IMG/VR virus record: IMGVR_UViG_3300027759_000046
Span: 62,001 to 126,000 of that record
Strand: one strand, 5' to 3'
DNA length: 64,000 nt
The translations under genes and the position numbers were made by a program. The first letter of the stretch is position 1. Each line of letters starts with the position of its first letter. The notes below the pieces were generated by a model, which did no database searches, had not been told where the DNA came from, and was given only the letters and a program-made list of their open reading frames with translations. This document shows positions 20,558 to 30,523 of the stretch, in pieces.

Positions 20558-21003
20558 GCTTCGTTCATTGGAGTAATTTGGCCACCACATTCGCAAGTCA
20601 TGTCTTCATTACATTCTTGTGATTCGTAAGTCATATTACACTCATTGCAAGAGTATAAACCTTCAGCCATTTCGTCGATTTCCTCTCCGAATTTTTTAAT
20701 TGGGCCTTCTGCTTCAGCTTCCGGTGCTCCATTTAATTCATTCATAAGAAAATCAGCAACCTCTTCGATATCGTCTTTCGATGTTGCAATATGATCGGCT
20801 GCCCAATCATGGCCGTTGTGAAGTAGTTGATTAACTTGAGTCTCGTCCATTTCCAACATTATATCAATTAGTCTCTTAATTGTTTTAAGATTACCAAAGA
20901 ACATGTAATGATCAACCTCTTCAGAACCAGCTTGCGCCATTTCAGGATTAGTCATTTTAGGATCTTGTTCAAATGCTTCAAACGTTTTTACTAAATTTTT
21001 CAT
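20551..21003 (-). CDS. Putative head protein with C-terminal Cys cluster
   Basis: MKNLVKTFEAFE; CNEC..CxC. Confidence 0.55.
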   Translation of the reverse strand: MKNLVKTFEAFEQDPKMTNPEMAQAGSEEVDHYMFFGNLKTIKRLIDIMLEMDETQVNQLLHNGHDWAADHIATSKDDIEEVADFLMNELNGAPEAEAEGPIKKFGEEIDEMAEGLYSCNECNMTYESQECNEDMTCECGGQITPMNEAW

Positions 21004-22535
21004 TATTGATTATTATTTTGTTTTAGAAAATCTGAAAACTCAAGAATATGAGTTGCTTTCTTTTTCTTCTTTTTTATTGGGCTGAAATTATCGCCTGAAC
21101 CTAGAGAGGTTGGTGTAGGCGGTGTGATTGGTCCCATTGAACCAATTGAGCCGGGTACCTGTGCCGAAACTCCAGGCGCTCCAGCCTCTTCAAACGCAGC
21201 TTCTTTTTTAACATCGAGTACTGATGGTCCGGGAATGAACATGCGGCTTATTGCATCGCCTTTCATTTCGCCTTCTCGACCCTTCAGCGCTTTACCAACA
21301 ACCATAGCTGTTTTATTTAGGGTCTTAGCGTAAATATTGTGAACCAATGATCCAAAATTGGCAAATGCTTGCCCTGCCGGAGTCATTGGCTTGTTGTCTG
21401 GGCCAAGTAAAAGATCCATTAAAGAAGATAATCCTCTACGGAACTTCATGATCCTAGAATCATCCGCAATCTGCTTGCCAGTCACAGGTAGAGCAACTCG
21501 CTCATATAATTTAAGTTTCTTATTAAAATCAAAATGAATTCCCTTGGTTCTATCAAGTTGAATACTTTTGCTTCTAGCCTTTTCGCGTAATGCTATTTTA
21601 GCTTGAGTTAATAGGTCTTCCAGATACTTGATTGTTTCAGGATGACTTGCTTTACGCAATTTAGTCTGGCCCTTTAGTCCGTTAATCTTAATATCAATAT
21701 TGTTTAGTTCTGTTTCTAATTCTTTCTCTGTCTGAAAATTACCAATATTTAATTCTAAGATTCGACGCAAGATTGTTGCCTCTTCTCTGGTAAAACCTGA
21801 TGATTGGCCTGAAAGTGTTTCAAATCGCTCTTCTCCAATCTCTTCTTTAATCTTATCTTCAGTATATCGTTTAGCTCTCTCAAACTCTACTTTATCTTCC
21901 TCTGGGAAATCTTCAATTATTTCTTCAACTACCGTCCAATCACTTATAATCTCGTCAGCAATCTCTTCCTTTTCTTCAACGGTTTCAGCAGTTTGGATTT
22001 TATCTAAGTTAAGTTGATTTGCTTTACCAGCGCCAGTAATAATCACCAAATAAGAGCTCTCTAACGAGCGTTGAACATCTTCAATTTTTCTTGAAATTTC
22101 TTCAGCAACTTGTTTTACTTGAGCATCTTCTCTGGCTTTGAGTTTGTCGTACATGTCGTCGAGCACGCTAATCCTCTTTGCTATTTGTGCCTGCTGCTTA
22201 GCTAATGACTTAAGTAAATCATTGTGTGCAGTACCGCCCTTTGCAAATTCGTCCTTAATTAATCGGCTGATTCTATCAAGTCTATTTTTGCAGTATTTTA
22301 GGTAATTTTCAACATTGTGTTTGGATTTAATAATATCCTCCTCTTTCCACGCTTCGACCTTAATTGCCTGATCTATTAAGTTATCAAGAAATTCGTCCAT
22401 CTTTTTTAGCGCATCAAGCTGTTCTGTTGTGTACTCAGAAGAGTCCACATCAGGTTCACCAGAGCCGATTTGAATTAAATTGGCCTCTGCGAGTAAATCC
22501 TCTAGGTGTTTAAATCTTTTTACTTTTAGAAACAT
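21003..22535 (-). CDS. Long coiled-coil protein, putative virion component
   Basis: Helical acidic/basic heptads; LLAE near the N-terminus; C-terminal ILEFSDFL. Confidence 0.55.
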   Translation of the reverse strand: MFLKVKRFKHLEDLLAEANLIQIGSGEPDVDSSEYTTEQLDALKKMDEFLDNLIDQAIKVEAWKEEDIIKSKHNVENYLKYCKNRLDRISRLIKDEFAKGGTAHNDLLKSLAKQQAQIAKRISVLDDMYDKLKAREDAQVKQVAEEISRKIEDVQRSLESSYLVIITGAGKANQLNLDKIQTAETVEEKEEIADEIISDWTVVEEIIEDFPEEDKVEFERAKRYTEDKIKEEIGEERFETLSGQSSGFTREEATILRRILELNIGNFQTEKELETELNNIDIKINGLKGQTKLRKASHPETIKYLEDLLTQAKIALREKARSKSIQLDRTKGIHFDFNKKLKLYERVALPVTGKQIADDSRIMKFRRGLSSLMDLLLGPDNKPMTPAGQAFANFGSLVHNIYAKTLNKTAMVVGKALKGREGEMKGDAISRMFIPGPSVLDVKKEAAFEEAGAPGVSAQVPGSIGSMGPITPPTPTSLGSGDNFSPIKKKKKKATHILEFSDFLKQNNNQ

Positions 22536-22536
22536 A

Positions 22537-22959
22537 TTACTTTTGTTGCAATAAGTATTGCGTTTTGTTAGTTAAGTCTAAGATTTCATCTGCTAAGTTG
22601 TAAAGCTCTGAATCCTCATCTCGGTCAAACAGGTTTCTAAAGGTTCCGCGTAATGCATCGTTCACCAATTCAAAGAATACTGGCAATGCCATCTCGTAAT
22701 CGTAGATCATTACAGCAGCCTCTCCGAATTTAAGGTTTTGTGAACCGTATTTACCAGCAATTGCCTCAACGATCGTGTCCATTTGATCGATGAACTCTTC
22801 GTAGAACATACCGAAATGGCGATGTTCTGTATCTAGACCAGTTTGCCAGTGAATTATTTTAGCCTGATCAGCAATTTGCATTAGTGAAAGCATGAAATAG
22901 CCGATTGTAGCCTTGTCCTGCATTTCTTGTGGTTCTGTTAAATCTTCCATTCCGAACAT
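22537..22959 (-). CDS. Ferritin/Dps-like four-helix protein (DUF5856-like)
   Basis: KIIHWQT..EHRHFGMFYE..DTIVEAIAGKYG..DEILDLTNKTQYLL. Confidence 0.65.
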   Translation of the reverse strand: MFGMEDLTEPQEMQDKATIGYFMLSLMQIADQAKIIHWQTGLDTEHRHFGMFYEEFIDQMDTIVEAIAGKYGSQNLKFGEAAVMIYDYEMALPVFFELVNDALRGTFRNLFDRDEDSELYNLADEILDLTNKTQYLLQQK

Positions 22960-23141
22960 TATGATTTATGTAATTTTTGTCGCTTTTCCCAAGATTTAAA
23001 AGGTGTCACCCAGAAATTACGTTCAATATTCTTTTGTAAGTAATCGTATACGTCATTTCCTTCAGGATGCTGCATGACAGCATTCTTTAGAGGTTCTTTG
23101 CCCTTTCTCCAGTTTTCAACGTTTTTATGAGTCTTCTCCAT
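22959..23141 (-). CDS. Small hypothetical protein
   Basis: Operon-coupled ORF with an AATAAATA motif upstream. Confidence 0.55.
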   Translation of the reverse strand: MEKTHKNVENWRKGKEPLKNAVMQHPEGNDVYDYLQKNIERNFWVTPFKSWEKRQKLHKS

Positions 23142-23208
23142 ACTAGGTTATTTATTAAACAAAGAAGGGCCGCTTTTGGCGACCCTATTCAGTGTATGTA
23201 TAATTTGA

Positions 23209-26160
23209 TTACTTTGTAAATATGTTGAATATATTATGATTCTGTGGGTCCTGCCACATTGGTCCACTGCGGCATTCAAGATGCTTTTTAAATTCTTTAA
23301 AGCCTGCATCGACTTTACAATAGACAATCTCAGATGAGTTTACGACTGCTAGTACTGAAAACTCATCAACTTTAGCGTAATATAAAATATGATGCCATCC
23401 TAAAAAGTTTATGAATTCCTGTTCGTTTCGGCTATTCTCAAAAAAGTCTTTAATTCCAGCAAGCAAGTCATCTTCATGGCCGCAACCCGTTTCCCAAATT
23501 CCTCCAGAAAAAATAGAGGCAAACCATCTCTCAAAGTCTTCAATAACTTGAGGTTCATTTGAAAATTCCTCTGAGATAAGATCAAAAAGAGGTAACCATG
23601 TTTGGTTGAGCCATATTCTATTAATTGTGAATAACCTAGCTCTTGGATCATTTTTTAAAATATCTTCACAAAACTCAACAATCTTTAAATTTTCGCCAAC
23701 GATTAACTTAAGTTCTTCAAGCTTTTTAATTATTACTGAGCGACCGTTGACAAAACCTGCTCTTGATGATATTAATCTGCCGCTGTTCCCCTTAACCTCA
23801 ATATTAACCGGGCCTGCAGCAATATCACCTTCGCCTGCTTTCTTTTTACCATCTTTAAACAATATTGAAATTAGCTCGCCCTTTCCCTTTCCTTGAGTAT
23901 TTCCAATTTTATTAGTTATCTGAAACCTTAGAATGGTCTTAAATATTTCGGGATTAACTCCAAAGTCCTGAGCCGTTAATTCTCCAGAAGACGATATGTT
24001 TGAAATATCGTAGCCTTTACCGCCCGCTATTGTTTCGTAGAAACTTTCAAGGTCAGCGGCTGATTCATTTAGAATATCACCACACTCTTGAGCAAAAGAT
24101 TCTGCATCGGTGCTTAAATATCCACGGTTAATCAATTCTTCCGCAATTTTCCCTAATGTGTCAGAAGATTCGTGCATAGACATCTCCTTTTTAAGTTTAG
24201 CTAAGATGCTAGAATATTTATCGGGTGAAGATTTTCTTAGTTTTTTTAAACTATCAAATTCTCTTTCTGACTCGTGATCATCGTCTGTCCGTGGAACTTC
24301 ATTTGCAAAATTTGCCTCAACTGCTTCGTTTAACTTAGGCTGTGCCAATTCGTTAATATCGCGATTCATATTGAAAAATTCTGAGTGAATTGCTTGAGGT
24401 GCAGCTGATTTAAAATTTTGATAATCTTCAGATCTTAACGAGTTCATAATCGAATCTTTAACTCCAGCAATTGGTAATTCAACTAGAGAAACGTCATTTC
24501 TAAAATTAAGATTTCGTGATCTCTTTTTAGCTAATTCCATTTGTAAAGCCAAGTCCTTGATTCGACTCTTTGTTCCAGATATAATAACTGGTTCAAAATC
24601 AGGTTTGATTGCTCTCAATAAGTTCTCAACCTCTCCGTCCTGTACCATTCGGTGGCCGGTGATAAAGCTTGGGTGTTGCGAAGTAACTTTGTCTAAACAG
24701 CCTTTAACGGTTTCTTGTTTAAAAGGTTTAGTCTTATTTACTGAACCGTCATGAATGCATACCATTAAACACGGATAGCCATTCATATCAAACAATTTCT
24801 GTGCAGATTTAAGATGACCTGGGTGAAAGGGTTGAAAATCTGAGATGATTAAGTTAACTCTTTTGGATTTACGTTCGTTATCTGGAACTTCTGCAAAGGT
24901 TTCAAAATAACCAAGATCTCGCTCTTCTCCAACAAATTCGCTGAATGTTGGAAAGTAATTCTCGTAAACAGCATCACCTAATAGGACATTACTAATCTTC
25001 TCAATTTGAGAAACCAGATTAGCTCGCATTGGCTTGGTGAAGAATGTTGAACTAACTCGAACCGTTTTCTTTCTAAACATATTTAAGAAGACTCGATAAA
25101 TCTCCTTGTAGTTAGGATTCGACTCAATAATCTGAGTAACCTTTTTGTCGTGAATAAGGTCGAAATTTACGTTAAAGTCTTCTCTTCTCAGGAATTCTGG
25201 AATTTGAATATCTAAGTCAATGTATTTTTCGCCGAACTCAGAAATGAATTCTAAATAGATGTGATTGACTAGCGAAATATATTTTTGCTCGTATGAATCT
25301 CCTTTAAGTGGAATTTCTCGCAATTCGCTAAGTGAATATCTCTCAATAAAATTCATTAAGTCGATAACAATAATCCAAATATAGTCGTCCGATTTCTTTT
25401 GAACTCGGTCTTGTGCTTTTTGTTTTGCATTCGCCTGAAATACTGGATCTACTAATTTAGCCAAGAAGACTGAATCTTCTGAGTTATTGTTGGGATCGTA
25501 AAAACGAAATACCAAACCTTCAATATCTTTGTCTAGAGTATCCCTTAGGAACGTTGTTCCAAGCTCAGGATTTAGAACTGACACAATATACTTCGTGAAT
25601 GATGTTGTCTTAAATTTATCAACCAATTCTTCGAAAGGCGTGTAGATGAATTCATGCATTTTCTCTTTTTGATCTGGAGAAAGCTTGCCTTGAAATACGA
25701 TCGGTGGACGTTCAATATTTAAAATATCAGCCCATTTGTCAAGAGTATCTTTATCTTGAATAGTCTCCGACATCTCGCCCTTTTCATCAAGGATATGAAT
25801 GTAGCTTAAGATTAAGCCATTTTTAGGAAGTCTATCGTATGCAATAGTTTGTGCTTTTGGGCTAGTAAACCACTCCATTCCGAAATGGTAGTTATCTGGT
25901 ACTTTGCTTACGGTATCAGGCCCAAGGCTCTCAAAGTGTCTAATAGCCGGCTCAAAGTAACGGCTGAGTACTCTATCGATGTACGTAATCTCTGCGTTCC
26001 TCTTAAAGAAGCGGAACTTACCCGTGCTAGGGTCTTTTTGGGCGCCAAAGAAGGCCCCATCCATTTTCTCATTTACAATTACTGTTTTGTTTAAAAGGCC
26101 TTCTAAGAATTCCTTTCCGCGTTTATCATAAACGTCTCTTAAGTGTGATAGTCCTGGCAT
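23209..26160 (-). CDS. Multidomain protein: ATP-dependent (RNA) ligase-like, HxGH nucleotidyltransferase, PD-(D/E)xK nuclease-like
   Basis: NEKMDG (motif I), FGMEWF, IEGLVFR, LAKL; DFQPFHPGHLK; GEGDIAAGPVNIEVKG. Confidence 0.7.
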   Translation of the reverse strand: MPGLSHLRDVYDKRGKEFLEGLLNKTVIVNEKMDGAFFGAQKDPSTGKFRFFKRNAEITYIDRVLSRYFEPAIRHFESLGPDTVSKVPDNYHFGMEWFTSPKAQTIAYDRLPKNGLILSYIHILDEKGEMSETIQDKDTLDKWADILNIERPPIVFQGKLSPDQKEKMHEFIYTPFEELVDKFKTTSFTKYIVSVLNPELGTTFLRDTLDKDIEGLVFRFYDPNNNSEDSVFLAKLVDPVFQANAKQKAQDRVQKKSDDYIWIIVIDLMNFIERYSLSELREIPLKGDSYEQKYISLVNHIYLEFISEFGEKYIDLDIQIPEFLRREDFNVNFDLIHDKKVTQIIESNPNYKEIYRVFLNMFRKKTVRVSSTFFTKPMRANLVSQIEKISNVLLGDAVYENYFPTFSEFVGEERDLGYFETFAEVPDNERKSKRVNLIISDFQPFHPGHLKSAQKLFDMNGYPCLMVCIHDGSVNKTKPFKQETVKGCLDKVTSQHPSFITGHRMVQDGEVENLLRAIKPDFEPVIISGTKSRIKDLALQMELAKKRSRNLNFRNDVSLVELPIAGVKDSIMNSLRSEDYQNFKSAAPQAIHSEFFNMNRDINELAQPKLNEAVEANFANEVPRTDDDHESEREFDSLKKLRKSSPDKYSSILAKLKKEMSMHESSDTLGKIAEELINRGYLSTDAESFAQECGDILNESAADLESFYETIAGGKGYDISNISSSGELTAQDFGVNPEIFKTILRFQITNKIGNTQGKGKGELISILFKDGKKKAGEGDIAAGPVNIEVKGNSGRLISSRAGFVNGRSVIIKKLEELKLIVGENLKIVEFCEDILKNDPRARLFTINRIWLNQTWLPLFDLISEEFSNEPQVIEDFERWFASIFSGGIWETGCGHEDDLLAGIKDFFENSRNEQEFINFLGWHHILYYAKVDEFSVLAVVNSSEIVYCKVDAGFKEFKKHLECRSGPMWQDPQNHNIFNIFTK

Positions 26161-26165
26161 AGTAT

Positions 26166-26744
26166 TTAGTCTAATGAACCGTAATCGCCTCTACTCATTG
26201 CTGCTGCAAATTCTCTGTCGGAGTGTGAATCCTTAGTGATATTGAAGCGAACGGCATCGGCTGCGAGTTCTTGATTTTGTTTTAAAAATTGAATAAGTGC
26301 AAGTGTATCGATATCTTGGTATTCGCCAGATCCTCCAAATTCTACAAGTTGTTTCTCTAATCCTCTTACTTCTGGAATTTCAAAAAGCCAAATTCTGAAA
26401 GTGACGATTTCTCCATGAGACGCTGATCTTTCTGACATCTCGGTTAGATGGTTTACTATTTGCTCGAGTGCATCAGCTTGGTCAAGAGGTCTTTCCCAAA
26501 CTTTCCATTCTTTACCTTCACGATTTATATTTACTGAAGTAGACGTGCCTGACCCAGTCGGTACTGAAATTGACATTAGATTTGGGCATAATTCCATTAT
26601 CTCAGCTAGATCACCTGCAAAATGTTCAATCGTTTCGCCACGTAATCCGTGATCAGTTGCCAGGCCCTTGTTCTTTAGCCAGTTCAGGCGCTCTCGTCTA
26701 GCGGATTCAGATATGAAATCGGTAAAGCCTTTAAGATTTTTCAT
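26166..26744 (-). CDS. Putative head cargo protein
   Basis: MKNLKGFTDFISE; WLKNKGLA motif. Confidence 0.55.
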   Translation of the reverse strand: MKNLKGFTDFISESARRERLNWLKNKGLATDHGLRGETIEHFAGDLAEIMELCPNLMSISVPTGSGTSTSVNINREGKEWKVWERPLDQADALEQIVNHLTEMSERSASHGEIVTFRIWLFEIPEVRGLEKQLVEFGGSGEYQDIDTLALIQFLKQNQELAADAVRFNITKDSHSDREFAAAMSRGDYGSLD

Positions 26745-26760
26745 GCAAGATACTTTCTTG

Positions 26761-27369
26761 TTATTTATTAGGCTCGATGCCTAAAAGTCGATAGCATTCA
26801 TTATTAAATAGGGTCGCAGATAATTCATCAAAATGATTAAACACAAGGCTTAGACCATTTTCGGACTCAGAATTTGAAAGCCATGATCTTCCGATATCTA
26901 ATAGATGTGCCATTTGAGACTGTTCTTCTTGCGTTGAATGAGCTCCGTCCCAAGTATCTTTAGTACGACCAGAATCTCCAGTTTGACCTGCGACTGATAC
27001 GACTAGAGTTTTGCAGTTTTTAAATAGATCAGAACTTAGCAGCGAGAAATATTCTAACTCAGCTTTAGTTTTAGTTAATCGACCACGTAGAATTGCCCAA
27101 GTGTATGCTGAAACAATTGCTCTGTCAAATACCCAGATTTTATCCTTGTATTCTGGACGCTGATTCATTTCCATAATGGTCATGATGTTGCCAAGACTAA
27201 AATAGTGTAGGCTTGGACTCTTTTCGTCTGACACCATGTCAAGAGTCTTAACGTGATTTGCGAAATAGAATTTATAATACTCTAATCTTGGATCATTACA
27301 GGTCTCTAGGAAATTGTTAATTAAGAATGTTTTGCCCGAATGTCTTGGGCCTTCGATGAATAATATCAT
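26761..27369 (-). CDS. P-loop nucleotide/polynucleotide kinase-like protein
   Basis: ILFIEGPRHSGKT Walker A; WVFDRAIVS. Confidence 0.75.
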   Translation of the reverse strand: MILFIEGPRHSGKTFLINNFLETCNDPRLEYYKFYFANHVKTLDMVSDEKSPSLHYFSLGNIMTIMEMNQRPEYKDKIWVFDRAIVSAYTWAILRGRLTKTKAELEYFSLLSSDLFKNCKTLVVSVAGQTGDSGRTKDTWDGAHSTQEEQSQMAHLLDIGRSWLSNSESENGLSLVFNHFDELSATLFNNECYRLLGIEPNK

Positions 27370-27896
27370 ATTAGTTTTAATCTTTCTGAGTTACCAAATT
27401 CTTCAAGGGACCGTGCTGTATCCCAATCGATTGTAATTATTTTACTCTTATCTACGAAAATAAAGTCAATATCAATATTAATCCCTGCATCTAGGAACCA
27501 TGCCGTGTATTTAATGATCTCCCAAAGAGAGTCTTCGTATATCGTAATTGAGGTTGCTTCGTGCTCGCGAATTAAGTCTATCGCAATTTCAGCCTTATCT
27601 CCTTCTCTGCCGAGGAAAAAGGTCTTTTCAAATCGAATTTGATGATCTGCCAATAATTCAATAACTCTAGGCTGACATGCCTTAACTCTATGGGTTATTA
27701 GATAGTTTAGACAGTCGTCCTTGGTTCGATCTATCGTATTTTTAATACCCCGAATGTTGAATTTTTGATCTAGTGATTCTGGCGAATCAAACCATTCGTA
27801 GGGCTCTTTACCTTTAGCTTCACTGCATGTGTAACCGGGTACCCTAAATAGGGTTTCGTCAAAATCAAAGATATTAATGTGAGTGCTATTTTTCAT
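27366..27896 (-). CDS. HAD-superfamily phosphatase (RNA-repair Swiss-army-knife-like HAD)
   Basis: NIFDFDETLFRVP, LITHR, ITIYEDS. Confidence 0.72.
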   Translation of the reverse strand: MKNSTHINIFDFDETLFRVPGYTCSEAKGKEPYEWFDSPESLDQKFNIRGIKNTIDRTKDDCLNYLITHRVKACQPRVIELLADHQIRFEKTFFLGREGDKAEIAIDLIREHEATSITIYEDSLWEIIKYTAWFLDAGINIDIDFIFVDKSKIITIDWDTARSLEEFGNSERLKLI

Positions 27897-27954
27897 GAAG
27901 ATCTTTTACTGATAAATAAACTAGTAGTTTTAACCATAATGTACCAAATTTAGC

Positions 27955-28425
27955 ATGACACGAACCCTTAGACATACCAGAGAATATAACGGCAACCGAT
28001 ATCACTTGGTTAGAGACTGCGTGCAGCATCAAAAGCCGTTCGCAATCTATAATTTCACATCTTCCAAGCAATACGATCAGTTTTTAGGTGATCTAGACTC
28101 ATTCGGTAAGCTTAATTATTGCATTCAGACGATAACTTCGCTAGCCGAAGTTCATAGAAACATGAGAATGGTTTATCCAAGCATCTTTGTGACAAACGAA
28201 GGCACTGATGTTAAATTAGACGACTTTAAAAAGATTATCAAGGGATCATTACCTCATTATAAGCTAGATTCAGTCGTTTGTCTATACGATGGCACAGTTT
28301 CAGTATTCTATAAGAACGGTCAACATCACTCAATCGGTAATACGATTTACTCAAGTAATCAAATTAACGAATTCAACAGCGATTTTTATCAAATCGAGAG
28401 TACTTATTATACTTTCATTATGTAA
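27955..28425 (+). CDS. Hypothetical protein
   Basis: Intact ORF with GATAAATA upstream at 27911. Confidence 0.6.
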   Translation: MTRTLRHTREYNGNRYHLVRDCVQHQKPFAIYNFTSSKQYDQFLGDLDSFGKLNYCIQTITSLAEVHRNMRMVYPSIFVTNEGTDVKLDDFKKIIKGSLPHYKLDSVVCLYDGTVSVFYKNGQHHSIGNTIYSSNQINEFNSDFYQIESTYYTFIM

Positions 28426-28458
28426 AACTTTACCGGTTTTTTAGGTAAAATAATACTA

Positions 28459-28905
28459 ATGGAAGAACTTACACCCCAACCCAAAAGAACGATCGCGGAG
28501 GTCTTTCGTAGTAAACGAGAAGACTATTCTGGTGAAATTTACACAGGTATTAAATTACTGGAGAACGTACGTAAAATCCCAGAGGCGCAAGTTACTTTTT
28601 TAAGTCTTAGACAGCGAGTTTTAGAGGAAAATCACACTCTAATCGAGCATTTCACCAACTTAAAAAAGAACTATCGTGAAAAGAAGGGCGAGGAATGGAT
28701 AGAAGCTTCAAAAAGTAGTCAATTACGTTTTAATTCCAACGAAAAGACAACAATTGTGGATGGCCGAACTGCAACGATTAAAGAGAAATTAGAACAAATT
28801 GAGAATCAAATTGGATTCTACTCAGAATCAATCAAAACGATCGACTCTGTCTTATTTGGGATAAAAACACGTATCGATGTTCAAAAACTATTGGACGGGC
28901 ATTAA
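28459..28905 (+). CDS. uvsY: UvsY-like recombination mediator
   Basis: Helical 148-aa protein immediately upstream of uvsW, the conserved T4-like synteny. Confidence 0.6.
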   Translation: MEELTPQPKRTIAEVFRSKREDYSGEIYTGIKLLENVRKIPEAQVTFLSLRQRVLEENHTLIEHFTNLKKNYREKKGEEWIEASKSSQLRFNSNEKTTIVDGRTATIKEKLEQIENQIGFYSESIKTIDSVLFGIKTRIDVQKLLDGH

Positions 28906-28920
28906 AATTATCCGACATGA

Positions 28921-30450
28921 TTGTTAACTTTTAAACTTGCTTCAGACAAACAACATTTACAGCTAATAAGTCACGACACCAAAGGTGAATTAAAGGATCT
29001 GCAACTCTATTTTAGAAAGAGACAAAAAGGCTATCACTTCAATAAATTATATCAGCGTAAACTGTGGGACGGTTACGATAAATTCATCGATAAGGACCTT
29101 AAAATCGGTGTGGGTCTGTGGAAAGAGATCCTAAATTTCGGAAAGAAATACGATTACGAAATTACAATTGAAGGCCTCGACGATCTTCTAAATCTATCAT
29201 TTACAAAGGATCAATTGGAAAAATTTGCGTCAGTTTTACTTGACGGAACTGGTATTGACGTTCGTGATTATCAGTTGGAAGCAGCTCATCGAGCTCTAAA
29301 ATACAAGTTCTGTTCCCAAGAGCTTGCAACCTCAGCGGGTAAGACCCTAATCCTATTTTTATATCTTTCTTTTCTTAAACGTAAGGGCGTAATTTCCAAA
29401 GAAAAAAAGGCCTTAATTGTTGTTCCGAATATCTCGTTAGTAGGTCAAACTGCTGAGAAATTTGAGAAAGATTATAAAACTGGACTGCTTGATTGGACTG
29501 TTCTGCAAATAGGCGGATCAAACAAGTATTCAGATAAACTATTCGAGAGCTCAGATCTAGTTATCTCAACCTACCAGAGTCTAAAGAACAAAGATGCCTC
29601 ATTCTTTGAGAAATTTAGCTGCCTATGTATTGACGAGGCTCACACAAGCCGAGGTAATTCAATTCGTGATATTCTACTTGGCTGCAAGAACGTTGAGTAC
29701 AAATTAGGACTGTCTGGTACCATTAAAATTGAGGAAGAGTACTCAGATTTCTTTAAGATTCAGGAGTTCTTAGGCCCATTAAGCATGGTGCTTAAGTCAA
29801 ACTTCCTGATTGAACAACAGCATTCGCCAAACGTCTACATTAAAATGCTATCTCTTAAGTATCCCGAGTCCGAGCCATTCGTTAAGAAATATTTGGAGCT
29901 TAGGGAACGTGGCCAAGCTGGCAAAGAGATGTTTACTGCTGAACGCGAGTTCATTGTGTCATATCAACCTAGAATTAACTTTATTGCAAGCATGTGCAAG
30001 AAACTAGAAGGCAACAAGCTCATTCTGTTCATTAACGTTAAGGATCAGTACGGTCAACGCATTTGCGATAAGATTCTTGAGGAGAATCCCAAGGCATATT
30101 ACATCGACGGTGGCGTTGGTGATAAGGATCGTAGCGATTACAAAGAGAACATGGAAAAGGGTCAGGGTGTTGTGCTCATTGCCTCTTATGGAACCTTCTC
30201 AACCGGTATTGACCTTAAGAACGTAAATCATATTATCTTTGCAGAGAGTTATAAATCCGAAATTACAATTCGTCAATCTATTGGTCGAGGAATGCGTAAG
30301 TTAGCTGGAAAACATCAAGTCGTTGTTTACGATCTAGTTGACGATCTAGCCGGTTATATCGTGAAACACGGTCAAGCCAGAGAAAAGATCTACAAGAAAG
30401 AGCAATTCATTCTTTCAAAACACTCATTTGATTTAGGCAAGTTCCTATAA
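28921..30450 (+). CDS. uvsW: UvsW-like SF2 DNA helicase
   Basis: VRDYQ, ELATSAGKT, IDEAH, GLSGT, TFSTGIDL, QSIGRGMR. Confidence 0.92.
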   Translation: MLTFKLASDKQHLQLISHDTKGELKDLQLYFRKRQKGYHFNKLYQRKLWDGYDKFIDKDLKIGVGLWKEILNFGKKYDYEITIEGLDDLLNLSFTKDQLEKFASVLLDGTGIDVRDYQLEAAHRALKYKFCSQELATSAGKTLILFLYLSFLKRKGVISKEKKALIVVPNISLVGQTAEKFEKDYKTGLLDWTVLQIGGSNKYSDKLFESSDLVISTYQSLKNKDASFFEKFSCLCIDEAHTSRGNSIRDILLGCKNVEYKLGLSGTIKIEEEYSDFFKIQEFLGPLSMVLKSNFLIEQQHSPNVYIKMLSLKYPESEPFVKKYLELRERGQAGKEMFTAEREFIVSYQPRINFIASMCKKLEGNKLILFINVKDQYGQRICDKILEENPKAYYIDGGVGDKDRSDYKENMEKGQGVVLIASYGTFSTGIDLKNVNHIIFAESYKSEITIRQSIGRGMRKLAGKHQVVVYDLVDDLAGYIVKHGQAREKIYKKEQFILSKHSFDLGKFL

Positions 30451-30455
30451 AAAGC

Positions 30456-30490
30456 GAAAACCTCCCGGATAGCGATATCGAGAGGTTTTC
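30456..30490. terminator. Hairpin terminator between convergent genes
   Basis: GAAAACCTC ... GAGGTTTTC stem. Confidence 0.6.
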
Positions 30491-30523
30491 AATAGCCGAG
30501 GCTATTACGGTCCTAAGTCCGTA

